Below are positions 43,075 through 54,630 of a stretch of 64,000 bases of DNA, in pieces (within the stretch, counting starts at the first letter, position 1; each line of letters begins with the position of its first letter). The notes below the pieces were generated by a model. The model was not told the DNA's origin. It saw only the letters and a program-made list of their open reading frames with translations, and made no database searches. The stretch lies in contig CAWFLS010000005.1 of NCBI GenBank assembly GCA_963816675.1, positions 100,212 to 164,211 on the forward strand, read 5' to 3'. The position numbers and the translations under genes were made by a program. The DNA is from an uncultured Chloroflexia bacterium. GTDB taxonomy: Bacteria > Chloroflexota > Limnocylindria > Limnocylindrales > CSP1-4.

Positions 43075-45128
43075 ATGACGTCCGACGAGCTGAGTCCGAG
43101 TGAGGCTGCCGCACGAATCGGCGCGACGACCCGGTCGGTGCAGCGTTGGATCGCCTCCGGTCGTCTTCCCGCCCGACGCGTAGGCGGGACGATGGCGTGT
43201 CGCGAGTGACGCGATCGACACGTTCGTCGCCAGGGAACCAGTTGCGCCCTCGCCATCGTCCGATCGCGCCGTTCGCTGCCACACATCCGAACGCTCTTCA
43301 TCGCGAACCGAGGCGAGATCGCCGCTCGGATCACGCGGACGTGCCAGCGACTCGGGATCCACGCGGTGGCGCCGGTCACGGTCGGGCCCGAGGCGCTTGA
43401 TCTCCTGGACGGCTCGGCCGTCGTCGGGGCCGCACTCGCCGCCGGCGCAGATGCCGTCCACCCTGGCTTCGGGTTCCTGGCCGAGAACGCCGACTTCGCC
43501 GAGGCGGTCACCGCCGCCGGCATGCGGTGGGTCGGGCCCCCGCCGGCCGCGATTCGCGCGATGGGCGACAAGGCCGAGGCCCGTCGCCTCGCCGCTTCGC
43601 TCGGCGTCCCGATCCTGGCCGGCTACGACGACACCGACCAGTCCGACGAGGCCTTGGCCGCCGCCGCCCGACGAATCGGCTTCCCACTCCTCGTAAAGCC
43701 GTCTGCCGGCGGCGGCGGCAAGGGCATGCGGATCGTCCGCGAGCCCGAACGGCTGCCCGAAGCGCTCGCCGCTGCGAGGCGCGAGGCGACCGGCGCCTTC
43801 GGCGACGACCGGCTCATCCTCGAGCGCCTCGTCGAGGGAGGCCGGCACATCGAGATCCAGGTCTTGTTCGACGCGTTTGGCCATGGCATTCACCTCGGCG
43901 AGCGGGACTGCTCCATCCAGCGCCGGCACCAGAAAGTCCTCGAGGAGGCACCATCGCCGGCGGTCGATCCGGCATTGCGAGCACGCCTGGGCGACGCCGC
44001 GCTGACCCTCGCCCGGGCGGTGGGCTACGTCAGCGCCGGCACCTGCGAGTTCCTCGTGGACGATCGAGGCCGGCCGGCATTCCTCGAGATGAATACGCGC
44101 CTCCAGGTGGAGCACCCGGTTACGGAGCTCGTGACCGGCCGTGACCTGGTCGCCGACCAGCTCGCGATCGCCACCGGCGAGCCGTTGGGCATCACCCAGG
44201 CCGACGTGACCACTACCGGCCACGCCGTCGAGGTCCGTCTCTATGCCGAAGATGCCGAGGCGGGCTTCCTGCCGGCGACAGGACGGGTCGAGGCGCTTCG
44301 GTGGCCGGTCGGCGACGGCGTCCGAGTCGATGCCGGGATCGCAGTCGGTGATGAGATCGGCGATCGATTCGACCCGATGCTTGCCAAGATCATCGCGTCG
44401 GGCGTCGACCGGCGGGCCGCCTTCGACCGCCTCGCCAAGGCGCTCGACGACACCGTGGTCCTCGGCGTCGTCACGAACCTCCGATTTCTGCGCTGGCTCG
44501 TCCGTCAGGACGTCGTTCTCGACGGGCAGTCGCGGACCGACACACTCGATCGCATCTGGCCGCCCGATGACTGGCCCGATCGGGTCGTGATCCCTGACGG
44601 AGCCTGGTCGACGGCCGGCCGCGGCGCTCATGGCTGTCGCCCACGTCTCCGACCTCGCCAACCCCTGGGCCGGCGGCTGGCGGCTGAACGCGCCCTCCGT
44701 CGGCCCGTATCGAATCGGACGGCATCGCGCGCTCGATCAACGTCGAGGCGTCGTCGGTGGGTGTGCCGGCGTCGGAACTGGTCGAGGCCGGCGACGTCGT
44801 CCACCTGGATGTCGGCGGACGGAGTGTCGCGTTCCGGCTCGCGCCACCGCCCGACGTCGACGCCGCGGCCCGTGCGGCCGCGCACCGACACGTGGCCGGG
44901 GCGGCCGGTGGCCCGGTCGACGTGACCTCTCCGATGCCCGGCGCGATCCTCACGGTCCACGTCGTGTCAGGGCAGCAGGTCGAGGCCGGCGATCCGATCG
45001 TCACGCTCGAGGCCATGAAGATGGAGCATTCCGTGCCGGCGCCGGTCGCTGGCCGCGTCGCTGATGTGACCGTCCGTCGTGCGGATCAGGTCAGTCGCGG
45101 CCAGCTTCTGGCGGTGATCGAACCATAA
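43075..45128 (+). CDS. Biotin carboxylase + biotin carrier (MCC alpha) with an apparent N-terminal excisionase-type HTH (frameshifted)
   Basis: LSPSEAAARIGATTRSVQRWIASGRLPARRVG, then LFIANRGEIA, HPGFGFLAEN, GGGGKGMR, ERDCSIQRRHQK, EMNTRLQVEHPVTE, and EAMKME. Confidence 0.85.
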
Positions 45129-45180
45129 GGTGCGGCGAGCTTCGGGTACGCTCCGCGACGAATCCGATCGGAGGTTTCTG

Positions 45181-45378
45181 ATGGCCCATTCCAAGGCGGT
45201 GCCTGTCGAGCTGCCGCAGACCCGCGAAGCGCTGCTCGAGCTCCATCGCGAGACGCGCCGACGGCGCAATGCGGCGCCGCACGGAAGCGAGGCGCACGTC
45301 GAAGCCATCGATCTCCTGGGCAGGATCGAAGTCGAGATCGCCCGGATCGAGCGCGCGATGGATCCGCCGCTCGGCTGA
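45181..45378 (+). CDS. Small helical hypothetical protein
   Basis: RBS GGAGG; MAHSKAVPVELPQTREALLELH...IARIERAMDPPLG. Confidence 0.65.
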   Translation: MAHSKAVPVELPQTREALLELHRETRRRRNAAPHGSEAHVEAIDLLGRIEVEIARIERAMDPPLG

Positions 45379-45420
45379 CCTCCACGACACCAGGCCTGCA
45401 GGCGACCTCCAGGGATCATC

Positions 45421-46347
45421 GTGGCCGACCGGGTCCGCATCTACGAGGTCGGGCCGCGCGATGGGCTGCAGAACGAATCGAGACCGATCCCAACCCCGAC
45501 GAAGGCTCGATTCATCGAGCTTCTTGCCGAGGCCGGGCTGACGGAGATCGAGGCCACGTCGTTCGTCGCTCCGCGCGCCATCCCGCAGCTGGCGGACGCG
45601 GACCAGCTGCTCCGCGGCCTGTCGCGCACCCCCGGCGTCCGGTACCCGGTCCTCGTCCCGAATCTGCGCGGTCTCGACCGCGCCGAGGCCGCGGGCGCCG
45701 ATGCGCTCGCGGTCTTCACCGCTGCCACCGATGCATTCACGCAGGCAAACATCGGGATGACCGTCGACGAATCGCTGGAGGCGTTCAGACCGGTTCTGAC
45801 TCGGGCCGGCGAGCTCGGCTGGTGGCGTCGGGCCTACGTCTCGACGGCGTTCGGGTGCCCGTTCACCGGCAGCGTCGACCCGGCCCGCGCGGTCGAGGTC
45901 GCCATGCGGCTGCTCGAGATGGGTGCGGATGAGATCTGCTTCGGTGACACCATCGGCGTCGGCGTGCCGGGTCAGGTCGCGGCGCTCACCGGTGTGGCCC
46001 TCGCCGCAGGGATCCCGCTCGACCGACTGGCATTCCACTTCCACGACACGCGAGGGACGGCGTTGGCGAACGTCGCGGCCGGTCTCGATGCCGGCGTGCG
46101 GTGCTTCGATTCGTCGGCAGGTGGGACCGGTGGTTGTCCGTACGCGCCCGGCGCGGCGGGGAATCTCGCGACCGAGGACCTCGTCTACTTCCTCGACGCG
46201 TCGGGCTGGGACCACGGAGTCTCGCTCGAAGGCGTGTTGATTGCTGCCCGGTTCATCGCCGACGCGCTCGGGCGCCCGCTTGCCACGAAGGTCGGCCAGG
46301 CGGGCGGCTGGGACCCAACGACGGGCGCCGCGGTCGGGCGGGTGTAG
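45421..46347 (+). CDS. liuE: Hydroxymethylglutaryl-CoA lyase
   Basis: EVGPRDGLQNE, STAFGCP, HFHDTRG, and GGCPYAPGAAGNLATED. Confidence 0.93.
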   Translation: MADRVRIYEVGPRDGLQNESRPIPTPTKARFIELLAEAGLTEIEATSFVAPRAIPQLADADQLLRGLSRTPGVRYPVLVPNLRGLDRAEAAGADALAVFTAATDAFTQANIGMTVDESLEAFRPVLTRAGELGWWRRAYVSTAFGCPFTGSVDPARAVEVAMRLLEMGADEICFGDTIGVGVPGQVAALTGVALAAGIPLDRLAFHFHDTRGTALANVAAGLDAGVRCFDSSAGGTGGCPYAPGAAGNLATEDLVYFLDASGWDHGVSLEGVLIAARFIADALGRPLATKVGQAGGWDPTTGAAVGRV

Positions 46348-46607
46348 CGGTCGACTGCCCGCGCCGCTGCGCACCTCCGTCGCGGTCCAGGAAGGCGGGG
46401 AGGTAGGGGCGATCCCGAAACACGCGGTCTGCTCACCACGTATTCATGCGGGCGGGTAGGGCTCGGCTGGTTTGGCCGCGGCCGCGATCATCCACCGAAA
46501 TTCCGGGATGAACATGAAGCGACGTCCCAGGGCCAACGATTCGCCATGTCGGAGGCCCACGCGCCCGGCGTCCTGCACCTTCCGACGCATCTGCTATCTT
46601 CCGGCCG

Positions 46608-47123
46608 ATGGACGGTGTCGTGCTCGTTCTGAACCAGAATTACGAACCGCTCAACGTCTGCAACCTGCCTCGCGCCTTCCGCCTCGTGTTCGGGGAAAAG
46701 GCCGAAGTGATCGAATACGACCACCAGGTGATCCGGACGGTGCGGACGGAATATCGCGCGCCCTCAGTCATCCGGCTCCAGTACCTGATCAGGCGGCCGC
46801 GACCCCGCGTCAAGCTCTCCCGGCGCGAGGTCTTCGCCCGCGACCGCCATACGTGTCAGTACTGCGGCCGTCAGTCCCACGACCTCACGCTCGACCACGT
46901 GATGCCTCGCCATCGAGGTGGCGGACACACCTGGGAGAACCTCGTCGCCGCGTGCAAGCCGTGCAACCACCGGAAGGGCGGGAAGTCGCTCGACGAGGTC
47001 CGGATGCGGCTGAACCGGCCGCCGTTCGAGCCGCGAAGCGACATCTATTCGCTGTTCACGCCATACCTCGGCGACGAGCGCAACGAGGCCTGGCGGACAT
47101 ACCTCTTCCTGGGACGGAACTGA
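46608..47123 (+). CDS. HNH endonuclease (McrA-like)
   Basis: VLVLNQNYEPL, RDRHTCQYCG, TLDHVMPRHRGG, and WENLVAACKPCNHRKG. Confidence 0.92.
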   Translation: MDGVVLVLNQNYEPLNVCNLPRAFRLVFGEKAEVIEYDHQVIRTVRTEYRAPSVIRLQYLIRRPRPRVKLSRREVFARDRHTCQYCGRQSHDLTLDHVMPRHRGGGHTWENLVAACKPCNHRKGGKSLDEVRMRLNRPPFEPRSDIYSLFTPYLGDERNEAWRTYLFLGRN

Positions 47124-48526
47124 CCGAACCCTCGGCGCCGAGCCCAGGCCCGAACGCGCCTTCGGGCTCCATCGAGCCGACCCTCGCCGACGCGATCCCG
47201 GCCGCCGTCCACGACGTCCTCGCGTCGCTCTGGAACGCCGGGCACCGAGCGTATGTCGTCGGTGGCTCGCTTCGGGACGTCGTCCTCGGGCGCGTTCCCC
47301 AGGATTGGGATCTCGCATCGGATGCCCTTCCGGAGCGCGTCGTCGAGCTGTTTCCGAATGCGGTTTACGAGAACCGGTTCGGAACGGTGGCGGTCCGCCG
47401 CGACCACGAGGAATTCGAGATCACGACCTTCCGGACGGACCACGACTACGCCGACTTCCGCCGGCCGCACAGGGTCGAGTTCGGCGATTCCATCGAACTC
47501 GACCTCGCCCGGCGCGACTTCACGGTCAATGCGATGGCATGGGGCGCCAGCCCCCGCGAACCGCCGACATTCATCGATCTGTACGGAGGTTTGGCCGACG
47601 CCCGCGCCGGCGTGCTGCGGGCAGTCGGTGACCCGCGCGCCCGCTTCGAGGAGGACGCGCTTCGGATGATTCGGGCCGTCCGTCTTGCGGCGACCCTGGG
47701 GTTCGGCATCGAGGCGGCTACGCTTGCCGGAATCCAGGCACGAGCCGAGCTGGTGACCCACTTGTCCGGGCGAGCGCATCGCGGCCGAGCTCCACAAGCT
47801 GCTCGCGGCGCCGGTCCCATCCGTCGGCCTTCGGCTGATGAGCGACACAGACCTGCTCGCTCCCATCTCGCCCGATCTCGCCGCGCAGCGAGGCATACCC
47901 CAGAACAAGATCCCCGGCGAGGACCTGTGGGATCACACGTTGCGATCGGTGGACGCGGCACCCGAGTCGCGGCCGGTCGTGCGGCTCGCGGCGCTGCTCC
48001 ACGACATCGGCAAGCCGACCACGTATGCCGATGGCCACTTCATCGGCCACGATGTCGTTGGCGCGCGCCTCGCCGACGCGTTGCTCGATCGACTTCGCGA
48101 ACCGCGCGCGATCGCGAACGGGTAGTGGAGCTCGTCCGGCTCCACATGTTCAGCTACGAACCGGGTTGGTCGGATGCGGCCGTCCGACGGTTCATCGGCC
48201 GTCTTCGCAAGGTCGGCCCGGGTGCGCTCGACGACCTGCTCGCCTTGCGTGAGGCGGACAACGTCGGAAGCGGCTTGCCGGCCGATGCGGGCATCTCGGA
48301 GCTGCGATCCCGGATCGAGGAGCAGCTGACGGCCGAGCTCGTGCTCGATCGGGCCGGCCTCGCAGTCGATGGCAATGACCTGATGCGAGAGCTCGGGCTT
48401 TCCGAGGGACCGATGCTCGGCAAGATCCTCGACGAGCTCCTCGAGCAGGTCATCGCGGACCAGGCCCGAAACGAGCGCCCGACACTGCTCGCGCTGGCCG
48501 GCGCGATGCTGACGGAGGACCGATGA
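47120..48526 (+). CDS. tRNA nucleotidyltransferase (CCA/polyA-pol family) with HD domain (frameshifted; start uncertain)
   Basis: [50 protein letters not shown], and ALLHDIGKP. Confidence 0.88.
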   Translation: MTEPSAPSPGPNAPSGSIEPTLADAIPAAVHDVLASLWNAGHRAYVVGGSLRDVVLGRVPQDWDLASDALPERVVELFPNAVYENRFGTVAVRRDHEEFEITTFRTDHDYADFRRPHRVEFGDSIELDLARRDFTVNAMAWGASPREPPTFIDLYGGLADARAGVLRAVGDPRARFEEDALRMIRAVRLAATLGFGIEAATLAGIQARAELVTHLSGRAHRGRAPQAARGAGPIRRPSADERHRPARSHLARSRRAARHTPEQDPRRGPVGSHVAIGGRGTRVAAGRAARGAAPRHRQADHVCRWPLHRPRCRWRAPRRRVARSTSRTARDRERVVELVRLHMFSYEPGWSDAAVRRFIGRLRKVGPGALDDLLALREADNVGSGLPADAGISELRSRIEEQLTAELVLDRAGLAVDGNDLMRELGLSEGPMLGKILDELLEQVIADQARNERPTLLALAGAMLTEDR

Positions 48527-49005
48527 TCGAGCTCCTGCTCCAGGCCGAGCGGGCCTTGTCTGTCGGGTTGCTCGACCGCGCCGAAACGCTCTACCGGCAG
48601 GTCGCCGAGGCCGACCCGAGGAATTCGATCGCCGTCGTCGGCCTCGCTCGCGTGGCGCTCGAGAGGGGCGATGAGGAGGGCGCGCTCGCACTTGCCCGGC
48701 GCGCACTCAAGATCGACCCGGAGAACGCCGCTGCGCAGCGGCTGGTCGCGCGACTCGACGAGATCCTGGCGTATCGCGTTGCCGCCACGCCGATGGCGGC
48801 TGCCGGGTCGGGACCCGAGCCTACACCGGAGGCGCGCGCTGGAGGAGCACGCGCGGCGGCGGTCGAAGCGGAACCGGCAGACGTGCCTGACCCCGCGTCC
48901 GAGCCCGACCCAGAGCGCGACGCTGTCCCTGTCCCAGGGGTTCCAGCGGAGGACAGGCGACCCCGCTGGCGAAGGTGGCTGGATCGACTCTTCCGCCGTC
49001 GCTGA
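48523..49005 (+). CDS. Tetratricopeptide repeat protein
   Basis: [15 protein letters not shown]...GLARVAL...[11 protein letters not shown]. Confidence 0.8.
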   Translation: MIELLLQAERALSVGLLDRAETLYRQVAEADPRNSIAVVGLARVALERGDEEGALALARRALKIDPENAAAQRLVARLDEILAYRVAATPMAAAGSGPEPTPEARAGGARAAAVEAEPADVPDPASEPDPERDAVPVPGVPAEDRRPRWRRWLDRLFRRR

Positions 49006-49088
49006 GCGTGCTGCTGGCCGTATTGTCGCGGCGGCGCCGGTCACCCGGAGCGAGGTCTCAGGCGCCGGTGCGGAAGAGCGGGCAAAGA

Positions 49089-49115
49089 GAAAGGGCCGGC
49101 GGTGCCGGCCCTTTC
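49089..49115. terminator. Probable bidirectional terminator
   Basis: GAAAGGGCCGGC-ggt-GCCGGCCCTTTC is a perfect 12-bp stem between convergent genes. Confidence 0.75.
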
Positions 49116-49142
49116 CTCGTTCACTCTGCCGAATGGCAGAGG

Positions 49143-52100
49143 CTATTGCTTCTTGAGGATCACCGTGCCGGCGGTGTTGCCGCCGAGCGAGGTGGCGAAG
49201 GTGTAGGTGATGTTGGCCGGGACCGGAGCGGTCGTACCGGCGATCGACTTGGTCTGGTACTTGATGCCGATGATGTAGTTGCCCGGGGTCGCGATCGTGA
49301 ACGACGCCCCCGACCCGCCGGCGATCTCCGTGCCGGTGATGTAGGACGAGCAGTTGCCCGTGTACACCCGGACGTAGCCCTGGTGGATGGTGAACAGCGC
49401 CGCGTTGTTGGTGCTGTTGTTCGTCTGGGTGACGGTCACGACCTGGTTCGGGACCGTGGTCGTGATCTTGGTCCAGAAGAAGAAGACGCCAGGATTGATG
49501 TTCTGGCCGATCTTGCCGCCCTGGACGGAGTAGTTGATGCCGTCAAGGTTCGGCGCCGTGCCATTCAGGACGTCGGGGCAGTCGACCTGGGTCGGCGTGA
49601 TCTGACCGGTCGGCGGGGCCTCGACGCTGAACGGCTCGCACGCGGCATCCCTGGCGGGGTAGTTCGCGTCGCCGTTGTAGTGAGCGCGGTAGCTGAAGTT
49701 GCCGGCCGCGTTCGGGGTGGTGAATGTCGCCGACTCGGCGACGCCACCGCTGAGGGCCACGTTGGCGCTCGTCGCGAGGACGGTGCCGTTGCAGGTGCCG
49801 TTGTTATAGAGGGTGAACGTCACGCTACCGGACGGGTCCGGCACAGCTGCCGGGGTGCCGGCCAGCCGGGCGACGGTCGCCTTGTCGTGGACGACGGTGC
49901 CGCCCGTGACGGCCGTGTTCGTGATGTCCTGATGGGCTGGATTGTGGACCTGGGTCGTGACGGTGTCATCGGCCCACCGCTTGCTGGCGTTGTCGCTGCC
50001 CCCGGCAGCGGTGTTCACGGCGGTTCCGGTGGTCCGGGTGATCGTCAGGCCCGAGACCGGGATGCCTGACGTCGCGGAGACGACGGTCGTGCCCGGCGTG
50101 GCGGAGGTGATGGTCACCGTGCAGCTCGCGGTGGCAGCGCCACCGGTGTAGGTGCAGCTCGGTGAGCCGACGAAGCTCCCCGGGCCGCTGACGATCGAGG
50201 CGGTCGCGGTGTGCGGACCGGCATCGATGGTGCCGCCCAGGCGTTGACCGTGATGGTCAGGACGTGGTTGGTATTGACGGGGTTGTTCGCCGTCGCCGGA
50301 GTGATCTGGATGTTGGCGTCACCCCAGTGCTTGGTCGCGTCGTCGCAGTTGACGGTGCAGCCATGGCGTGACGTTGCCGGCCGTCGACGTTGCTCGCGTC
50401 ACGGTGCCGAGGGCGTTGTCGAAGCCGATGGTCGAGGTCGCGTGGACCGAGGTCAGCCCGGTCGCAGCCGAGGTGATGGTCACGGTGCAGCTGGCGGTCG
50501 CTGCGCCACCCGTGTAGTTGCACGAGGGCGAGCCGACGAACGAGCCGGTCGTGGAGGGCGGCGAGACGATGCTCGCTGTCGCCGTCCCGCTGGCCAGAAC
50601 GCCGCCGTTGGTCGCGGTCACCGTGATCGTGAGGACGTGGGTGGTGCCCACCGGGTTGATCGCGTCCTGCGGGGTGATCTGGATGAACGCGTCACGCCAG
50701 ATCTTGGTCGCCGGGCCGCTGCTGCCGTGGGTGCCGTCGGTGTGCCGGGTGATCTCGATGTTGCCCGGAGCCGGAGTCGTGAAGGTGACGTGCGCGGACA
50801 CGACGGTGGTGCCCGACGTCGGCGAGGTGATCGCCGTCGTGCAGGAGCCGCCCGTCGTCACGCAGCCGACCGGCGGAGCCGGGCTCGACGTCGCGCCGTT
50901 GCTGTCGACGCTGGTGAAGGTCACCGGCGTGCCGTCGGGGGCGAGGACGAAGCCGCCACCCTGGCCGAGGTCGACCATCACGGTCGCGGTGAAGGTGTGG
51001 TCGCTGCCGACCGCGTTGGAGCCGTTGGGCGTGATCGAGATCTTGGCGTCCTGGAAGACCTTGGTCGCGTCGGGGCTGTTGCCGCCGAGGCTGTCGGTCT
51101 GGATGGTGAACGGCGCCGAGGCGCCGACCGCCAGGGTCGAGCTGGCATGGGCGGTGATGGTCCCGGCGCAGGCCGAGGTGAAGGTGACCGAGAACTCACC
51201 GCTGGCGTTGGTCGTCCCGGTGAAGGGTCCGGTCGGCGACGGGCAGGCGGTCGAGTCGGGGGTCAGGGTGACCGTGACGGCCTCGTTGGCTGCCGGCACG
51301 AAGGTGCCGTTGCCGAGGTCCTTCTGGATCGTGGCGACGAAGGTGTGGGGGTCGTTGACCTCGTTGAACGCGTTCGGGCTGATGCTGATGATCGCGTTCA
51401 CCCAGGTCTTGACCGCCGGAGCCGAGCTGCCATGGGTCGAATCGGTCGCCCGGGTCAGGTCGATGCCGGCCACGTTGACCGTGGTGTGGGCGGTGACGGT
51501 CGAGGTGCCGGTGGTCGACGAGGTGATCGTCGTGGTGCACGAGCCGGCGGTGGTGTCGCAGGCGGTCGGCGGGTTCGGCGTGGACGTCGCGCCGTTGTCG
51601 ACGGTCGTGAAGGTCACATGGGTGTTGTTAGGAGCCGGCGACCTCGCCGGTGCCGTCATTGACGAACACCGTGGCGGTAAAGGTGTGGGGCTGGTTGATC
51701 CGGTTGGTCGCGCTGGGGGCGATCGCGATCCGGGCGTCGACGACGCGGAGCGGCTCGCAGGCGCCGTTGGAGGTGCCGTAGCCGGAGTCACCCTCGTAGT
51801 GGGCCAGGAAGGATCGCATGCCCGCGGTGTTGACCGTGAACGCGAAGGCGGTCGCGTCGACTGTGCCATTGGCGGTCAGCGCGATCGGTCCCGAGTTGCG
51901 CTGCCGGGCTGCCGGTGCAAGTGCCGTTGAGGAACCAGTCGATGTTGACGTTACCGCTCGGGAATGGCTTGCCGGCCTCGCCGGTGACGGTCACGAAGTC
52001 GTGGACCGTCGTACCGACCGGGACCGTGAGAACCACCGCGTGGGCCGCGTTGTGGATGTCGGTGGTGGTCGTCGAGGTCAGCGGGACGACGAGGGTCGAC

Positions 52101-52670
52101 GAGCCGGTGCTGGCGAACTGGTCACCTTCGGGGCAGTTGTTGGTCCCGCTCGAGCAGGTGTCCTGCCAGAGGAGCGAGACGGTGTCGGTCAGCCGGTGGT
52201 TGGCGTTGACGTTGAAGTCGGCGCCCTGGATGGTGTAGAAGCTGACGCCCGGGACGCCACCGACGCCGCCGATCCGGATGCGGGTATCGGCCGGCAGGGT
52301 GCAGATCGCGGCCGCGGTGCCAAGCCCCGTGCACGAGGCGTTGGTCGTCGTGTTGCCGTGGCAGCTGGTCGAAGCTGATGACCGAGCCGATGCCCGGGAT
52401 CTGAAGGATGTTGCCGGATGATGGCGAGCCCGGCCGGTTGACCACGTCGACCAGCGAAGTGATGGTCAGGGTGTCGTTGGCCTCGTCCTGGTTGTTGGTG
52501 ACGCCGTAGCTGCACCTGTACGGGTCGCCGACCTTGGTCGCCCCGATGCAGCCCTTGTTGAGGCCGATGCCGTGGTTCTCATCCGCAGCCAGGGCGATCC
52601 CCGGACTGACGGTGAGTGCGACGAGCATCGCCGCCGCAAACATGACTCCTAGTCGTTTCAACGATCGCAC
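49143..52670 (-). CDS. Large secreted Thr/Cys-rich repeat protein B, paralog of 25295-27747 (frameshifted)
   Basis: Near-identical N-terminus to protein A, more Ig-like modules, and a different C-terminal domain (GQITPTQVDC...NINPGVFFFWTKI). Confidence 0.78.
51734..52640 (-). repeat. About 0.9-kb near-identical duplication, copy B
   Basis: Matches 26810-27718 in the same orientation. Confidence 0.9.
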
Positions 52671-53077
52671 GTGTACCCCTCTGTGTTTCGCAGATCTGGA
52701 CAGGACTCGACGCGCGGGCAGGATCTGTGGCTACCCCGCGGAGGCGCTAGGAAATAACGGCGCGACGCGACGCGCGGAACCGTCAGTCACTCGGATGTGT
52801 TCCCCTTCTCAGCCATACTCGGCCGCTCTTCACCACTGGACCCGCAGGCGACGTCGCCTCGGACCCTTCCCCCGTGCGGACCCGGCGGGTCCGTTCATGC
52901 GCCTCGATCGACGCATCCGGCGCCTCGGAGGGCGCGCCCCGTAACTAGTGGGGAGTGACGGACAACGTCCCGGGCTCCCCGATGGTGAATGCGATGCCGG
53001 CCAAGGGTCGCGAGAACGTGGTGATCCGTGATGGTACTTCAGTTCGCCGCGGGCCGCTATTGCTGGGTCGCAACCGG

Positions 53078-53106
53078 ACCATAGGGGGCGGACTAATGGC
53101 CGTCAA
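53078..53106 (-). promoter_or_regulatory. Sigma70-type promoter TTGACG-N17-TATGGT for protein B
   Basis: Near-consensus hexamers with exact 17-nt spacing, about 405 nt upstream of GTG 52670. Confidence 0.65.
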
Positions 53107-53614
53107 GGAGGGATTTCCGCAATACGGTGCGTCCACGTCACCATCCGGGGTCTGGCCCGAAATGCTGGTGCATGAGCGCACCTAAAACTAAGGTCCTGGC
53201 CTCGGCTCATGCCTTGATGCTTGATCTGTCGGGACACGTCCTCCATCCGGTGACGCCAGTCGGCGGCATCAACGCCGTGCGACGGAGGGTGAGAACGTCG
53301 CCGGCCATCTCTGGAGGCCACGACGATGCTAATGATTGGCATCAGGCCGACGCGTGGGCTGCCCTGCGAGATTTGTCATGAAGATTCCTGCGACGAGGCG
53401 CGCATGACACGCCGCGGGGCTTCGCGACGCGCGTGGCGCCGAGCGGCAACACGTGAACCTTCGCCTTGGGTATGTGGCCCGCTCCGTTAGCCGGACGGTG
53501 CGCCGCGACATCCCTGATTGACGGGATGGTTCGAGGGGACTTGTAGAGCCGCCGCAATGAACGGACGTGATGGTGACCCGGTCGCGGCGACCCCACTCCA
53601 CGTATCGTTCCTGG

Positions 53615-54612
53615 ATGACAAGGATCCTGATCACCGGCGCAGCCGGGTACGTTGGCTCGGTCTCCGCAGAAGCGTTCATCGCGGCCGGCCACGACGTCAT
53701 CGTCCTCGACGACCTCACGACCGGACATCGGGCAGCGGTCCCGGCGGGCGCGACGTTTCACGAAGGGTCGTACGGCGACCAGGGCGTCGTGGCGCCGCTG
53801 CTCGAATCGGAGCGTATCGAGGCGATCCTGCACTGCGCCGCGCGGTCCCTCGTCGGCGAGTCGATCGTCGAGCCTTCGAAGTACTTCCGAGAGAACGTCG
53901 CAGGCGGCATCGCGCTACTCGACGCAGCACGAACGGCAGGCGTCGGTCGCATCGTCTTCTCGTCCACGGCCGCGGTGTACGGCGTCCCCGACCGGACGCC
54001 GATCCAGGAGGACGACGTCCTCCGGCCGATCAACCCGTACGGTGAGTCGAAGCGCTCGTTCGAAGGCGCGCTCGGCTGGTATGCCCGGGCGTACGGGCTT
54101 CGAACCGTCGCGCTTCGCTACTTCAATGTGGCGGGCGCGACCGAGGCCCTCGGCGAAGACCACGCCCCCGAGACGCACCTCATCCCGAACGTCCTGCTGG
54201 CGGCCGAGGGACGCCGCGACCTGACGGTCTTCGGCGATGACTACCCGACCCCCGACGGGACCTGCGTCCGCGACTACATCCATGTCGCCGACCTTGCGGA
54301 CGCCCACCTCCGAGCCATCGAGGCGACCGCGCCCGGGCGACGCGCGCACCGACGCAGCCGCTGATCTGCAACCTCGGCAATGGTGGCGGGTTCTCGAACC
54401 GCGAGGTCATCGCGGCCGCCGAGGCCGTCGTCGGTCACTCCATCCCGTACACGATGGGCCCTCGACGCGAGGGTGACCCGCCGACGCTGGTGGCGAGCTC
54501 CGGCCGCGCGGCAGCCGTACTCGGATGGCACCCATCGCGGCCCTCGCTGGAGGAGATGGTCGGGTCGGCGTGGGCGTGGCGCGTGGCGCACCCGGGCGGG
54601 TACGGAGACTGA
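53615..54612 (+). CDS. galE: UDP-glucose 4-epimerase (frameshift near 54340)
   Basis: ILITGAAGYVGS, FSSTAAVYG, PINPYGESK, LRYFNVAGA, and DGTCVRDYIHV. Confidence 0.93.
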
Positions 54613-54630
54613 CGGCCGGCCCTTTCGACC

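Noticed and set aside
46348-46607. SRP RNA or a known riboswitch upstream of the HNH gene
   Set aside because: Only a GGAAGG fragment matches. The conserved flanking motifs are absent.
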